Shown here: piece by piece, positions 31,196 to 32,000 of the stretch | Position numbering within the stretch: position 1 is the stretch's first letter | Layout: the number at the start of each line of letters is the position of its first letter | DNA from: an archaeon | Lineage (GTDB): Archaea > Iainarchaeota > Iainarchaeia > Iainarchaeales > 1-14-0-10-31-34 | DNA: 32,000 bases | Assembly (NCBI GenBank): GCA_024277355.1 | Contig: JAJRVL010000001.1 | Coordinates: 102,363 to 134,362, forward strand | Direction of reading: 5' to 3' | The notes under the pieces: model-generated | The model's database searches: none | Seen by the model: only the letters and a program-made list of their open reading frames with translations | What the model was told of the DNA's origin: nothing | Position numbers and translations under genes: made by a program

Positions 31196-32000
31196 ATGAA
31201 AAAAATAGTTTTATTCTTTTTTTTATTGATTGCAGTTTCTGCTTTTTCTTTAACAGTTGAATTAGACTTAAATCAAAATTATGGAAATACTCCTTTAGAT
31301 GTAAATTTAACTGCAACAATTTTAGATGGAGTTCAAACAAGAACTTGTACAGATTTAGCTTCTTGTGGAACAGAAAACAATAAACCAGAAGAAATTCAGC
31401 CATGCGGTTCATGCACTGATGGAACAATAATGAACTGCACTACAGCAGTTAATTGTCCTGGAACAAGAACTTGTTCAGGAGGAATATGGCAAAATTGTGT
31501 TGATGATGCCTCAGATAATTGTCCGCAAGATGTAAATATTACAGTAAAACAAATTACTCCAATACAAGATATTAATGTAATTCAAAACCAGTTGTTTACT
31601 TTTACTACTTCAGTTACCTGCAATAATGGTTATTGCGGAGATGTAACTGCAACTTTAGATCCTGAAACAACCATTGAAATCTCTGCAGGAGGGAAGGATA
31701 CAACATTAAGAGGATCACAGCATACAGGAACTGATCCAACAATTTACTTAAATGACGCAACATACAGAATTTTAATGCAATTTGATTTATCAAGTATTCC
31801 TCAAGATTCAACAATAAATAATGCAAACTTATGGTTATATGCTACAGGTGCATGGAGAGGCGGAGACGCAATTTCAGTTTACGAAGTATTAAGAGACTGG
31901 GGAGAAACAACTTCTGCATGGAATGCAGCAAACGGAGCAAACTCCGATTACGCGTTATACAATTCAGTTCCATGGAACACAACAAACCTACAAGCAGGAA
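31196..32000 (+). CDS. 5' part of a secreted Cys-rich protein with a DNRLRE-like domain; continues past the right edge (not in the supplied ORF track)
   Basis: Manual translation from ATG 31196 gives 268 codons with no stop. The signal peptide is MKKIVLFFFLLIAVSAFS. A Cys-rich block follows (TRTCTDLASCGTE..PCGSCTDGTIMNCTTAVNCPGTRTCSGGIWQNCVDD..NCPQD), then DTTLRGSQHTGTDPTIYLND..YRILMQFDLSSIPQDSTINNANLWLYA...ISVYEVLRDWGETTSAWN, which matches the pattern I recall for DNRLRE domains. Confidence 0.85.
   Translation, partial: MKKIVLFFFLLIAVSAFSLTVELDLNQNYGNTPLDVNLTATILDGVQTRTCTDLASCGTENNKPEEIQPCGSCTDGTIMNCTTAVNCPGTRTCSGGIWQNCVDDASDNCPQDVNITVKQITPIQDINVIQNQLFTFTTSVTCNNGYCGDVTATLDPETTIEISAGGKDTTLRGSQHTGTDPTIYLNDATYRILMQFDLSSIPQDSTINNANLWLYATGAWRGGDAISVYEVLRDWGETTSAWNAANGANSDYALYNSVPWNTTNLQAG

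Noticed and set aside
31152-31826. Minus-strand ORFs 31152-31427 and 31614-31826
   Set aside because: They overlap a + strand ORF (31196 to the window end) that has a signal peptide, a Cys-rich module and a DNRLRE-like pattern. The minus products are low-complexity L/K/F-rich.
1-32000. CRISPR arrays, tRNA/rRNA genes, transposases, integrases and prophage genes
   Set aside because: There is no spaced direct-repeat array. Every non-coding stretch is under 120 bp except the A-rich tract, which cannot fold into a tRNA-like structure. No ORF shows recombinase or transposase motifs.

Overview
The window is AT-rich with a purine-loaded sense strand and almost gap-free gene packing. The right side carries housekeeping genes: a family-B DNA polymerase with Exo I-III and Pol A/B/C motifs, and a type-2 methionine aminopeptidase. 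These, together with GGTGA/GGAGG-type Shine-Dalgarno sites and TATA-like boxes at a fixed distance from SD-less ATGs, point to an archaeal chromosome. A small-genome DPANN-like lineage is the most plausible source, but this is inference because the window has no rRNA or tRNA. About two thirds of the window (757-21852) is three tandem, collinear, deeply diverged paralogous giant genes: 2443 aa, about 2185 codons split by one in-frame TAA, and 2368 aa. Each has a conserved ~40-aa N-terminal module, one hydrophobic anchor helix, CarboxypepD_reg-like beta-sandwich repeats, and conserved central and Cys-containing C-terminal modules I cannot assign to any named family. Directly downstream is a tightly coupled operon of five tiny polytopic membrane proteins, four of which share a basic-loop LGSG-type motif. 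Next comes a HerA/DUF87-like P-loop protein whose Walker A, Walker B and Arg-finger positions look degenerate, bracketed by two opposite-strand coiled-coil proteins. I propose, as a hypothesis only, that these genes form one uncharacterised envelope or host-contact apparatus. The window ends with two Sec-signal surface proteins. One has PKD repeats and an LPETN + TM + KR C-terminal sorting-signal-like tail. The other is a Cys-rich DNRLRE-like protein that runs off the right edge and is absent from the ORF track. I saw no CRISPR array, tRNA/rRNA, transposase or integrase.
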